The notes below the pieces were generated by a model. That model was not told where the DNA came from, did no database searches, and was given only the letters and a program-made list of their open reading frames with translations. DNA of 64,000 nt, from contig NZ_DASSKM010000085.1 in assembly GCF_035690525.1 (NCBI RefSeq), positions 5,952-69,951 on the forward strand, written 5' to 3'. Of this stretch, positions 37,838 to 47,357 are shown piece after piece. The position numbers and the translations under genes are program-made. Numbering within the stretch: position 1 is the first letter of the stretch; every line of letters begins with the position of its first letter. This DNA comes from Salinisphaera sp. Lineage in GTDB: Bacteria > Pseudomonadota > Gammaproteobacteria > Nevskiales > Salinisphaeraceae.

Positions 37838-39106
37838 CTACGCGCCCAGCCCGAGACCCTGTCGTCCGCAACGATTGAGCGCATCGGCCGTAAAACGATT
37901 TTTCCAATCGGCCTCGTAGTGCTCGTCGGGAAAATCGCCGGGCGAATGGCCCCGCGCCAGGGCGTGGCGCACACGCTCGGCATAAGCGGCGTTGCGATCG
38001 CACCACGGCGCGGCCGGGATATACATGACATTGCTCCAGCCTTGCTGATTCTCGACCGGCGCCACCGCATGGATAACGTCGCAGTGCCACCACACCGAAT
38101 CGCCGGCCCGCAGCGTCGGGATACTGGTCAGGGCCCGCATCAGCAGCGGATGCCACGTCTGGCTGATCGGCAGCACGCGATGCGGGATCGCGCCGCACAG
38201 TGAATCCTCGGGCACGTCGGCCAGCAACGGGCGCAGCAGGACATAGATGATCGCGGCCGGAATCGGCACCGTATGCAGACACCCCTGGCCGGCCGGAATG
38301 TCGGACAGCGCCGTCCAGCCCTGGAACGTGCGAAACGCCGAACACATGGTCGAGCTTTCGTATTCGTCGATCTCGGCCCGCCAGGCCGCGTCCCATGGAT
38401 CATAGCGATCGAAACGGTGGTTGAGCACATGCCGGTAGACCGCCTGGTAGGCGGGGTGCAGCCAGCGCTCGATCGCGCCGGAATCGACGTGCGCGCCGAG
38501 GCCGTCCGAGTCGGTGCCCGGCGGCCGGCGTCGTACCCGGTCCGGGTACAGCAGGTTACGATCGGGATCGAACCATTGCCGACCGTCGGACTGGCAGGTC
38601 CAGAGCCGGTTCATGAACGACTGCACCGCGGCCATGCGCTCATCCTGGCGGGCTTCCATCTGCGGCTGCGACCAGTAGACCGGCAGAATCGGCGGCCGGG
38701 ACGCCGAGAGGCTGCCGAAGAAATCGTCGCCCGGCCCGCGATATATCCGGTCGAAATCGTTGTCGTCGAGATAGGCCACCAGGCGCTGATCCCACTCGCG
38801 GGCGCGCTGATGGGGGAAATGATTGCGGATCACGGCGCAACCACGGCGTCGAATCCGTTGTCTTTCGGCTTCGCCGACCCGGCCCGCGGCCAAGTCGTCG
38901 TAATCGATCTCGGGCCAGATATCGCGCCCTTCGGCCCGGGCCTGTTCGATATCCGCGATTTCCTGCGCAACAAACGTCTCGACGTCGGCGAACAACGACT
39001 CGACATCGCCGATCTTGTCGCGCGCGGCCTGTTTCAGCGCACGAATCTCACCGGGGACATCGGAAGGCAGACGTGCCGCCGCGACACGCAACTCGGGATT
39101 GGCCAT
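37838..39106 (-). CDS. DUF1479 (YbiU-like) protein
   Basis: RRGC.VIR..F, YWS.PQM.ARQ, Y.DR.RRRPPG, HVDSG..ERW, FR.FQGW.ALS, WWHCD+IHAV, VMYIPA.P. Confidence 0.85.
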   Translation of the reverse strand: MANPELRVAAARLPSDVPGEIRALKQAARDKIGDVESLFADVETFVAQEIADIEQARAEGRDIWPEIDYDDLAAGRVGEAERQRIRRRGCAVIRNHFPHQRAREWDQRLVAYLDDNDFDRIYRGPGDDFFGSLSASRPPILPVYWSQPQMEARQDERMAAVQSFMNRLWTCQSDGRQWFDPDRNLLYPDRVRRRPPGTDSDGLGAHVDSGAIERWLHPAYQAVYRHVLNHRFDRYDPWDAAWRAEIDEYESSTMCSAFRTFQGWTALSDIPAGQGCLHTVPIPAAIIYVLLRPLLADVPEDSLCGAIPHRVLPISQTWHPLLMRALTSIPTLRAGDSVWWHCDVIHAVAPVENQQGWSNVMYIPAAPWCDRNAAYAERVRHALARGHSPGDFPDEHYEADWKNRFTADALNRCGRQGLGLGA

Positions 39107-39213
39107 GCGGTTCCTCCTCTCTTTTTGTAAGCACTACTAACAACTAAAACGAAGCATAGCCGCCGCCGATGATTGCTGTCACGCTTTCGGCACCCGAGTA
39201 AGACAAAAGCACA

Positions 39214-40371
39214 ATGTCCGACAGGCAAGGGCCTGTTGCCGTTTCACACGGCACCGCGCCGGAAACCGTTATCACCGAGATCGACCGCGCCTTTTTCCGT
39301 CACCTGATCGAGCACGGCCCCGGCTCGCGCGCCGGCATATCGGCCGCGATCGGCATCGCGCGCCCGACGGCCTCGGAATCGGCGCGCCGGCTGCTGGGCG
39401 CCGGGCTCATCCGGCCCGCCGGACAACAGACCGGCCAGCGCGGACGCGCGCCGCTGCTGTATGCCGTCAACGCCGAACGCGGCTATACACTGAGCCTGGC
39501 CATGGATCGCGGCTGGGTCGGTCTTCGGGCCTGCGATCTGGCGCGCCGGGTCGTCTGGGAAAAGATCGTGCCGTTGGCGGTCGAAACGAGCGGGGAACAG
39601 CTCATCGCGACCAGCCGCGACCTACTGGCACAGGCGCGGGCAAAAGCCCACGGCGATTGCCTGGGCGCCACATGTTCGGTGGCCGATCCGGTCGACCCGG
39701 ACACCGGTGCGGTCGTCTCCCTGCCCGATTCGCCGTTTCCCGCCGGCCACATCGCGATCCGCGAGCGAATTTTCACGCCGGACGTGCCGATTCTGCGCGT
39801 CGACAACGACGTTAACTGGGCCGCGCTCGCCGAAAGTCGGCTCGGCGTCATGCGGTCGCAGCGCAATTTTCTCTACGTCTACATCGGCGCGGGCGTCGGC
39901 GCCGCGCTTTATGTCAACGGCGCGCTGTATCGCGGCGCGACCGGGCTGGCCGGCGAGATCGGATACGCCCGACTCGGGCCGGCCCAGACGCTGATGCAGC
40001 GCTTGCAGGAATTGGACGTCGCGCTACCCGATCGTACTTCGCTGGACAGCGCCCGGCTGCAAGCCCTGTTCGAGACGGAAGCCGACAGCCGCGGCGCAGG
40101 CGCGGTCGTCGAGGCTTTTGCCTGGGTCATCGCCAACACCGCGATCACCCTGAACCCCGGCGCGATCGTGCTGGCCGGTAGCCTCATGGACATGCCATCC
40201 TTCAATACACAATTGCAACGTGCCGTACAGTCGAACCTGCCGATGCCGGTCGAGATTCATGTCTCGCGCTTCGGCGCGCGCGCGCCGCTGGTCGGGGCGG
40301 GCATCGGCGCCCAAGAGGCGGCCGAGATCGGTCTTGGCCTGGCCGCCGGACCCGTCGACGCATCGGCATGA
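39214..40371 (+). CDS. ROK family transcriptional regulator
   Basis: N-terminal HTH (SRA.+S..+G+.RPT.S), +DNDVN.AALAE, G.G+GA.+..NG.+YRG..G.AGEIG. Confidence 0.88.
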   Translation: MSDRQGPVAVSHGTAPETVITEIDRAFFRHLIEHGPGSRAGISAAIGIARPTASESARRLLGAGLIRPAGQQTGQRGRAPLLYAVNAERGYTLSLAMDRGWVGLRACDLARRVVWEKIVPLAVETSGEQLIATSRDLLAQARAKAHGDCLGATCSVADPVDPDTGAVVSLPDSPFPAGHIAIRERIFTPDVPILRVDNDVNWAALAESRLGVMRSQRNFLYVYIGAGVGAALYVNGALYRGATGLAGEIGYARLGPAQTLMQRLQELDVALPDRTSLDSARLQALFETEADSRGAGAVVEAFAWVIANTAITLNPGAIVLAGSLMDMPSFNTQLQRAVQSNLPMPVEIHVSRFGARAPLVGAGIGAQEAAEIGLGLAAGPVDASA

Positions 40372-40406
40372 ACAGGCTCTAGACTCGCCGGCACGCGGAG
40401 AACGCT

Positions 40407-40829
40407 ATGTCGACAACTTCCGACAACGCCCTCGCCGGCCGGCCGTACGCCGAGCTGTTCACGGCACTGGCACGCTCGTCTTTCCGTTCGCGATTCGCGC
40501 TCGGACCGCGCGAACAACACGATCTGGATCGTCACGGACTGGAGGTTATTCGTCGGCATGCCGCGCGCTTTATCGGCGAGCGCCTGGCCCCGGCCGAGCC
40601 TGCAAACGACGGCAAACAGACCCCGATGCGCAATCATCCGGTGTTCGTCGCCCAGCACGCCACGGCCACCTGCTGCCGGAGCTGCCTGGCGAAATGGCAC
40701 GGCATCGGCGCAGAGCGCGCGCTAAGCGAAGACGAACAACGCTATGTCTGCGACGTGATCGTGGCCTGGCTCGAGCCGCGCCACGACCCGTCGCGAGTCG
40801 AGCCGCCCCGTCAGGCCGAGCTGTTTTGA
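40407..40829 (+). CDS. DUF4186 family protein
   Basis: L..S.FRSRF.L, NDGKQTPMR.HPVFVAQHATATCCR.CL.KWH. Confidence 0.88.
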   Translation: MSTTSDNALAGRPYAELFTALARSSFRSRFALGPREQHDLDRHGLEVIRRHAARFIGERLAPAEPANDGKQTPMRNHPVFVAQHATATCCRSCLAKWHGIGAERALSEDEQRYVCDVIVAWLEPRHDPSRVEPPRQAELF

Positions 40830-41629
40830 GTCTCGTTTGCGGTGCGGACCGCCGGTACGGCGCGCCGCAGGGCGAGATAGTCCGGGCGGACTTCGGTTTC
40901 CACCGCGAGCGCCACATCGGCGAGCACCAGCGCCTCGGCGTGCGGCGGGCAGCTCGCGCGTACCCGGCCCGCCGTATCCGCGTGACAACTGTCGCCGGTG
41001 AACAGGAAGGTCTCGCCCTGGCCGACCTGATTGACATAGACATGCGGCCGGCGGTTTTCGAGCGCGCGCGCTTGCACGCATAGCCGGTGATCGGGCCCGA
41101 ACGGGCGCATGTTCGCCGACACGCTGAGCAACAGCTCGGCGCCGCCGACCGCCAGCGCACGGGCGATCTCGGGGAACTCGATATCGAAGCAAATCATCAG
41201 CCCGACGCGCACGCCGGCCAGTTCGACGATTTCCAGATGGTCGCCCGGCGTGAACGCCCCGGCCTCGTCGCCGAACAGTTGGATCTTGCGATAGCAGCCG
41301 GCGATCCGGCCGTCGCGATCGATCGCCAGCACGCTGTTGGCGACCCGCCCGTCGTCGCGGCGCTCGGCGAAGCCGATCACGATCGCGGTTTCGTGTCGCT
41401 CGGCCGCCGCGCGCAAACGCCCTACCCGGTCACCGGCTAACGATTCGGCCAGCGTTTCGGCGCGCGCGGTGGTATAGCCGCACAGATAAAGCTCGGGCCA
41501 GACCATCAAATCGGCATCCGGACGGCCGGCCAGCGTGGTCTCGACGCACACGAGGTTGGCGTTCGTCTCTCCGACGACGGGCGCTTTCTGTGCCAGGGCG
41601 ATACGCAGATTGCCGGTTTGCTCAGTCAA
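40811..41629 (-). CDS. Nitrilase-family carbon-nitrogen hydrolase
   Basis: WPEL..CGY, YRK.QL, ICFD.EFPE catalytic E-K-C triad. Confidence 0.88.
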   Translation of the reverse strand: MTEQTGNLRIALAQKAPVVGETNANLVCVETTLAGRPDADLMVWPELYLCGYTTARAETLAESLAGDRVGRLRAAAERHETAIVIGFAERRDDGRVANSVLAIDRDGRIAGCYRKIQLFGDEAGAFTPGDHLEIVELAGVRVGLMICFDIEFPEIARALAVGGAELLLSVSANMRPFGPDHRLCVQARALENRRPHVYVNQVGQGETFLFTGDSCHADTAGRVRASCPPHAEALVLADVALAVETEVRPDYLALRRAVPAVRTANETQNSSA

Positions 41630-42995
41630 GCTCGGGTTTCTCCTCGAAAGTCAGCTTCGGCGGCGGCTGGCGGAACCCGCGGGTGATCCAGCCCAGCCAG
41701 GCGATGCCGAGCACCAGCCATATCAGACCGACGATCACCGCGTCGATATCCAGGTTGCACAATAGATAAAAATCGACGATCGCGCCCAGCGCCGGCAGGA
41801 CGACCCACCAGAATACCCCGGCCGCGCCGCGCTGCGGGCGATGCTTGAGCCAGTGCGCGATCACCGCGAGATTGACCAGCGTAAAGGCGGAAAACGCGCC
41901 GAAGTTGATGAACGAGGCCGAAGTCGTGACATCGACGAACAGGCCGATCAGCCCGGCCAGGCCGATCAACACGATGCTGATGACCGGTGTGCCGCGCGAG
42001 GACAGCCGCGCCAGCGGCGCCGGCAGCGCGCCGTCGCGCCCCATCGTGAACAGCAGTCTCGAGGCGCCCGCCTGGATGGTCAGGCCGCAGGCGAACTGAC
42101 CGACGACCAGCCCGGCCAGCACGAAGGCCGCGAACAGATTGCCGCCCACCGCGCGCGAGATACCCAGCGCGGCCGAGGCGGGGTGGGCGAACTGCGCGCC
42201 CGGATGCACGAGCTGGGTGACCCAGGCCACGGTGATGAACAGTACGCCGAAGAACAGCACCACGATGATCATCGCCCGCGGAATCGTGCGCTTGGGGTCC
42301 TTGGTTTCCTCGGTGAGCAGCGTCAGCCCGTCGAAGCCGATGAACGAGTACGCGGCGACCGCGGCCGCCGCGGCGATCGCCGAAAATGTGGTGCCGTCAT
42401 TGTAGAACGGTTCGAGCGCGCCCGGCCCGGCCGGCGCGCCGGCCCACTGGGCCAAACACAGCGCGACGAAGATCGCGATCACCAGCAACTGGAAGGCGAC
42501 CAGCAGATAGTCGGTACGGGTCGTCGTCTTGATGCCGATCAGGTTGAGCAACGTGGTCGGCAGGATGAAAGCCACGATCCAGGCCGCCATCGGGACCGCG
42601 GGGAACTGATTGGCGAGATAGGCCGCTCCGATCAGCCACACCACCAGCGGAATGAAGAAATAATCCAGCAGGATCATCCAGCCGGTGAGAAAACCGAGGT
42701 GCGAGGACATTTCCTCGCCGATATAGGTATAGGCCGAGCCGGATTTGGTGTGGTGCACCTGCGCCATGCGGCCGTAGCTGTAGGCGGTGAACACCATCGC
42801 CACGAGCGTCAGGATATAAGCGGTCGGCGCGCTGCCGCCCGACAAGTGCGCGATGATGCCGATGGTCGCCAGCACCACCAGCGGCGTCACCCAGGCGATA
42901 CCGATGATGCACACCGACGACAGGGTGAGCGTGCGCTCGAGCCCGGCGCCCGGCGCGCCGCCCGTAGCGGTGGTCGTATTCGTGGTCGTGCTCAT
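41622..42995 (-). CDS. APC family amino acid/polyamine permease
   Basis: SY.RM......GSAY.Y, GW..LLDY, YSF+GFD....L.EE.+.P, RLL+.MGRDG.LP, NFGA..AF..VNL. Confidence 0.88.
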   Translation of the reverse strand: MSTTTNTTTATGGAPGAGLERTLTLSSVCIIGIAWVTPLVVLATIGIIAHLSGGSAPTAYILTLVAMVFTAYSYGRMAQVHHTKSGSAYTYIGEEMSSHLGFLTGWMILLDYFFIPLVVWLIGAAYLANQFPAVPMAAWIVAFILPTTLLNLIGIKTTTRTDYLLVAFQLLVIAIFVALCLAQWAGAPAGPGALEPFYNDGTTFSAIAAAAAVAAYSFIGFDGLTLLTEETKDPKRTIPRAMIIVVLFFGVLFITVAWVTQLVHPGAQFAHPASAALGISRAVGGNLFAAFVLAGLVVGQFACGLTIQAGASRLLFTMGRDGALPAPLARLSSRGTPVISIVLIGLAGLIGLFVDVTTSASFINFGAFSAFTLVNLAVIAHWLKHRPQRGAAGVFWWVVLPALGAIVDFYLLCNLDIDAVIVGLIWLVLGIAWLGWITRGFRQPPPKLTFEEKPELD

Positions 42996-43043
42996 GCCTT
43001 CTACCCCTTTTTTTCGCGTACCGGCGTGGTGCCGCGGGTTTGA

Positions 43044-44384
43044 TCAGTTATAGGGCCGGTCGACGACATCCTCGAGCCGGCCCGAGGTGATGGCGTCGAT
43101 CTCGTTCGGATACAGCCGCAGTGCCGCGGCCCGCGCGTGGCCTTCCATGCGCTCGGTGCGCGACTGGCGGATCGTCGAGGGCGCCACCGCGGCCACGCCG
43201 TCGGATTCGATGCGTTGATGCGTGACCGTCTTGAGATAGGCGCCGACCCACAGCCCGCCGGTATAACGCGCGGCCTGACCGGTGGGCAGCGTATGGTTGG
43301 TGCCGCAGCACTTGTCGGAAAAGACCACGCTGGAGCGCTCGCCGAGAAACGCCGAGCCGTAATTCGAGATACGCGCGAGCAGCGCGTCCGGATCGCGCGT
43401 CTGGATCTGGAGATGCTCGGTCGCCATGTAATCGGCGAACGCGACCAGCGCGTCGTCGTCCTCGCAGACCACGACCTCGCCCTTGTTGCGCCACGCCGCG
43501 CCCGCGACTTCCGCCGACGAAAGAGAGGCCAATTGGCGCTCGACTTCATCGATCGCCTGTTGCGCCAGACGCTCCGAAGTGGTCGCCAAGCTGGGCCGCG
43601 CCATCGGGTCGTGCTCGGCCTGGGCGAGCATATCGGCGGCGAGCACGCGGGCATCGGCGGACTCGTCGGCCGCGGTGAAAATTTCGCTCGGCCCGGCCAG
43701 CGCATCGATCCCCACCACGCCGAAAACCTGGCGCTTGGCCTCGTTCACGAAGGCGTTGCCCGGGCCCATGATTTTGTCGACCGCCGGCACGCTTTCGGTG
43801 CCGTAGGCCATGGCCGCGATCGCCTGCGCGCCGCCAATGCGGAAGATGCGCGTCGCGCCGGCCAGATGACAAATGCCGACCATGGCTTCGGGAGCCGTGG
43901 GCGGCAGGCAGGCCACGATTTCCTCGCAGCCGGCCACCACGCCCGGCGCCAGCGACATGATCGGCGCCGAAAGCAGAGGATAGCGCCCGCCCGGCACATA
44001 GCAGCCGACGCGCGCGATCGGGACGATGCGATGGCCCAGATGCACGCCCGGCAGCGTCTCGATCTCGAGCGGCTGCATCGTCTCGCGCTGGGCGGCCGCG
44101 AAACGGCGCACCTGCTCGATGGCGAATTCCGTGTCCCGCCGGGTTTGGGGGTCGAGTTCGTCGACCGCGCGCCGGCGCGCGTCCCGCGCCACTTCGAAGC
44201 GATCGAGTTCGACCTTGTCGAAGCGCTCGGTGTATTCGGCGAGCCCGGCGTCACCGCGTTCGCGCACACCGGCGACAATTTCGCCCACCGTATCGGCGAG
44301 CTGAACACCCGCGCCCGGATCGGCTTGCTCCGCCGATTTCAGATAGCGGACACGGGCAGCGAGTTCGAAAGGCAGATCGCGCAT
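43044..44384 (-). CDS. Histidinol dehydrogenase-family paralogue (HpsN-like branch)
   Basis: GCYVPGGRYP, IGGAQAIAAMAYGTE, GPGNAFV.EAKRQ, AGPSE, QAEHD, EHL; but SDKCCGTNHTLPT instead of GDY.AGPNHVLPT. Confidence 0.85.
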   Translation of the reverse strand: MRDLPFELAARVRYLKSAEQADPGAGVQLADTVGEIVAGVRERGDAGLAEYTERFDKVELDRFEVARDARRRAVDELDPQTRRDTEFAIEQVRRFAAAQRETMQPLEIETLPGVHLGHRIVPIARVGCYVPGGRYPLLSAPIMSLAPGVVAGCEEIVACLPPTAPEAMVGICHLAGATRIFRIGGAQAIAAMAYGTESVPAVDKIMGPGNAFVNEAKRQVFGVVGIDALAGPSEIFTAADESADARVLAADMLAQAEHDPMARPSLATTSERLAQQAIDEVERQLASLSSAEVAGAAWRNKGEVVVCEDDDALVAFADYMATEHLQIQTRDPDALLARISNYGSAFLGERSSVVFSDKCCGTNHTLPTGQAARYTGGLWVGAYLKTVTHQRIESDGVAAVAPSTIRQSRTERMEGHARAAALRLYPNEIDAITSGRLEDVVDRPYN

Positions 44385-44582
44385 GGTTGAGAAAAATTCG
44401 GCTGATCGATGTGGAAAGATTATTTTCCAATCCTGATGAACGCAATCGCGAACGACAGGTATACGACGAAAGTTGCAGGCGCTGGTACCGCCGCTCCCGG
44501 CACGAGCCGAAAGGGCCGAAAGACATGCGATCGACACAAATCCGGTGCTTTTCGGCCGCCGGTTCTACGTTAGGGTTCGACG

Positions 44583-45161
44583 TTAGAACGTGGGCGGGGT
44601 GACGGCGCTGACCACGACGCAGAGTTCGTCGAAGGGGTTGCGCATCCGGTGCGGGCGGCGGCTGTCGAAATAATAGGCGTCGCCGGCTTCCAGAATGCTG
44701 ACTTCGCCGTCGACGGTCAGCTCGAGCCGCCCGGCCACGACCACGCCGCCCTCTTCCGCGGCGTGCTGGTAGGGCGGTTCGCCGGTATCCGCGCCGGGCG
44801 CATAGCGCTCGTGGAGAATCATCATCGCCGAGCCGCCGAGATTACGCCCGACCTGGCGATAGGACAGCGACACGCCGTTGGCGAGTTCGACCAGCTCGTC
44901 CGCGCGAAATACCACCGGCGAAGCATCCGGCAACGGGTCGGAAAAAAACGCGCTCATGGTGGTGTCGAGCGCCTCGAGCACGGCTTTGAGCGAGCTGACC
45001 GATGGGCTGTGCCGCCCGCGCTCGATCAGCGAGATGGATACGTGGCTGACCCCGCAGCGGCGTGCGAGCTCGCGGATCGACAATTCCTTGCTTTGGCGAA
45101 GCTGCTTAAGCCGTACTCCGGTCGCCGGCTGGGTGGATGTGTCCCCCAACACATACTCCAT
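44583..45161 (-). CDS. XRE-HTH + cupin regulator (PuuR-like)
   Basis: LS.RELA.R.GVS...IS.IE.G..SPSV.SL, H..EE.G.V..G.+E+.V, GD.YYF.S..PH..RN. Confidence 0.88.
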   Translation of the reverse strand: MEYVLGDTSTQPATGVRLKQLRQSKELSIRELARRCGVSHVSISLIERGRHSPSVSSLKAVLEALDTTMSAFFSDPLPDASPVVFRADELVELANGVSLSYRQVGRNLGGSAMMILHERYAPGADTGEPPYQHAAEEGGVVVAGRLELTVDGEVSILEAGDAYYFDSRRPHRMRNPFDELCVVVSAVTPPTF

Positions 45162-45226
45162 TTGCTATTCGATCAATAAGATATACCGGCTTGACGCACA
45201 AATGAAGCCCATGCAACGTTGCACGG

Positions 45227-45257
45227 AAATAAAAAGACGGGGCCCGAGGGCCCCGTC
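45227..45257 (-). terminator. Intrinsic terminator after aceA
   Basis: gacggggccc-ga-gggccccgtc stem followed on the minus strand by TTTTTATTT. Confidence 0.8.
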
Positions 45258-45303
45258 CAGCCGCGGCGGTCGAAGTCACCGCGGTCCCAACACCGTCGCC
45301 AGA

Positions 45304-46902
45304 CTAGCCAAACTGGTTCATGGTGTTGTGAACCCCTCCCGCCTTGAGCGCATGCTCGCGGGAGAAGAACGCCTTGTGATCGTCGCCGATGTTCGAGCCG
45401 GCCATATCCTGATGCTTGACCGTGGCAATCCCGTCGCGAAGCTCGGCCCGCTGGACATCGCGCACATAAGCCAGCATACCCTCATCGCCGAAATAATTGC
45501 GCGCGAGTCGATCGGTCGACAGCGCCGTCGTGTGATACGTCGGCAGCGTGATCAGATGATGAAACACGCCCGCCTCGCGCGCCGCCCGGGCCTGGAACGC
45601 CTGGGTCCAGCGATCGGCTTCGAGCGCCAATTCGCTGCCGTCGTACTCGGCGCTCATCAACCGGTCGCGCTCGTAAGCCGAAACCTCGCGCCCTTCGCGC
45701 GTCCAGGCGTCGAACACTTGTTGCCGGAAATTGAGCGTCCAGTTGAACGACGGGCTGTTGTTGTAGACCAGCTTGGCGTTCGGCACGGCCTCGCGAATAC
45801 GCCTGACCATGCCGCCGATGTGCTCGACGTTCGGGGTCGAAGTCTCGATCCACAGCAGATCGGCGCCGTTATTTAGGCTGGTGATGCAATCCAGCACCAC
45901 ACGGTCCTCGCCGGTGTTTTTCTTGAACTCGAACAGACCCGAGGCCAGCCGCTTGAGCCGCACCAGCTTGCCGTTCTGCTTGATCACGACATCGGAGGCG
46001 CCGATCTCGGACGGGTCGCCGATCTGCTCGCCGTCGAGATAACTGTTGTACCGATCGCCCAAATCGCCCGGCTCCTGCGAAACCGCGAGCTGCTGGGTCA
46101 GCCCGGCGCCCAGACTGTCGGTGCGGGCGACGATGACGCCGTCGTCCACCCCGAGTTCGAGAAAGGCATAGCGCACGGCATTGATCTTGGCCAGAAACGC
46201 GGCATGCGGCACGGTGACCTTGCCGTCCTGATGGCCGCACTGCTTGACGTCCGAGACTTGGTTCTCGATCTGGATCGCGCAAGCGCCGGCCTCGATCATC
46301 TTCTTCGCCAGCAGGTAGGTGGCTTCCTCGTTACCGAAACCGGCATCGATGTCGGCGATGATCGGGATGACATGGGTCTCGAAATTGTCGATTTTGCTCT
46401 GGGCCTTCTGCGCCGCGACTTGGTCGCCGGTGTCGCGGGCCGCCTCCAGCGCGCGGAAACAATGATTGAGCTCCCAGGCGTCGGCCTGCTTGAGAAAGGT
46501 ATAGAGCTCCTCGATCAGCGCCGGCACGGCGGTCTTTTCGTGCATCGACTGATCCGGCAGCGGGCCGAATTCGGATCTGAGCGCGGCGACCATCCAGCCC
46601 GACAGATACAGATATCGGCCCTTCAGACTGCCGAAATGCTTCTTGATCGAGATCGCTTTCTGTTGCCCGATGAAACCGTGCCAACAGCCCAGCGACTGGG
46701 TGTAGTTCGACGGGTCGGCGTCGTAGGCCGCCATGTCCTCGCGCATGATTTTCGCCGTATGGCGCGCAATATCCAGCCCGGTCTGAAAACGGTTCTGCGC
46801 GCGCAGACGCGCGGCATGCTCGGGGTCGATGGCGTTCCAGGCGTCGCCGAAGCGTTGCCGCAGCGAGCCGATATCGCTGATGTCGTTTCTGTAGTCGGAC
46901 AT
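45304..46902 (-). CDS. aceA: Isocitrate lyase (Pseudomonas-type long form)
   Basis: YLSGWMVAA, IIADIDAGFG, IENQ..D.KQCGHQDGK, ARTD, WIET, YNNSPSFNW; start moved to ATG 46902. Confidence 0.95.
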   Translation of the reverse strand: MSDYRNDISDIGSLRQRFGDAWNAIDPEHAARLRAQNRFQTGLDIARHTAKIMREDMAAYDADPSNYTQSLGCWHGFIGQQKAISIKKHFGSLKGRYLYLSGWMVAALRSEFGPLPDQSMHEKTAVPALIEELYTFLKQADAWELNHCFRALEAARDTGDQVAAQKAQSKIDNFETHVIPIIADIDAGFGNEEATYLLAKKMIEAGACAIQIENQVSDVKQCGHQDGKVTVPHAAFLAKINAVRYAFLELGVDDGVIVARTDSLGAGLTQQLAVSQEPGDLGDRYNSYLDGEQIGDPSEIGASDVVIKQNGKLVRLKRLASGLFEFKKNTGEDRVVLDCITSLNNGADLLWIETSTPNVEHIGGMVRRIREAVPNAKLVYNNSPSFNWTLNFRQQVFDAWTREGREVSAYERDRLMSAEYDGSELALEADRWTQAFQARAAREAGVFHHLITLPTYHTTALSTDRLARNYFGDEGMLAYVRDVQRAELRDGIATVKHQDMAGSNIGDDHKAFFSREHALKAGGVHNTMNQFG

Positions 46903-47357
46903 GATGGGCTCCCTCTTGCTAAGTAGCATTGCACAATGACTGATATTCCGGAAATGATGATTTTCCGAAAGCGTGGTTGTCATTCTAAGAGCATGCCTAG
47001 AATATAAATATGAAATGCCGCCTATTTCCGGCATTCATAAAATGAATACACCAAGATAATCGCCCTTAACGCGCTGATTTCAGAGACAGTTTGGTAACGA
47101 AACGCATCCCTGCTGTTTCCGGATGCTACCCCACATCAGGCTGTCGCTAATCAAGTGCAACCCAGCCTGGACGGCGTCCCGGCCCCGGGTCTCGTGACAA
47201 GGCCTGCCCGAGCGGCCGGCGATCGTAGCTTCCGCGCAATCCAAGCCACCCAGGCTATGCCGTAAGGAGCATGCCGTATAGGAGCATGCCGTATATCGGC
47301 ACTGCCCCTAGCGTTCTATGGTGAGTTGTGTACAGAGTACCCGTCTCGGGATTCGTC

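Noticed and set aside
43044-44384. Biosynthetic hisD
   Set aside because: Non-his context and a divergent C-terminal motif; kept as a family-level call without a gene symbol.
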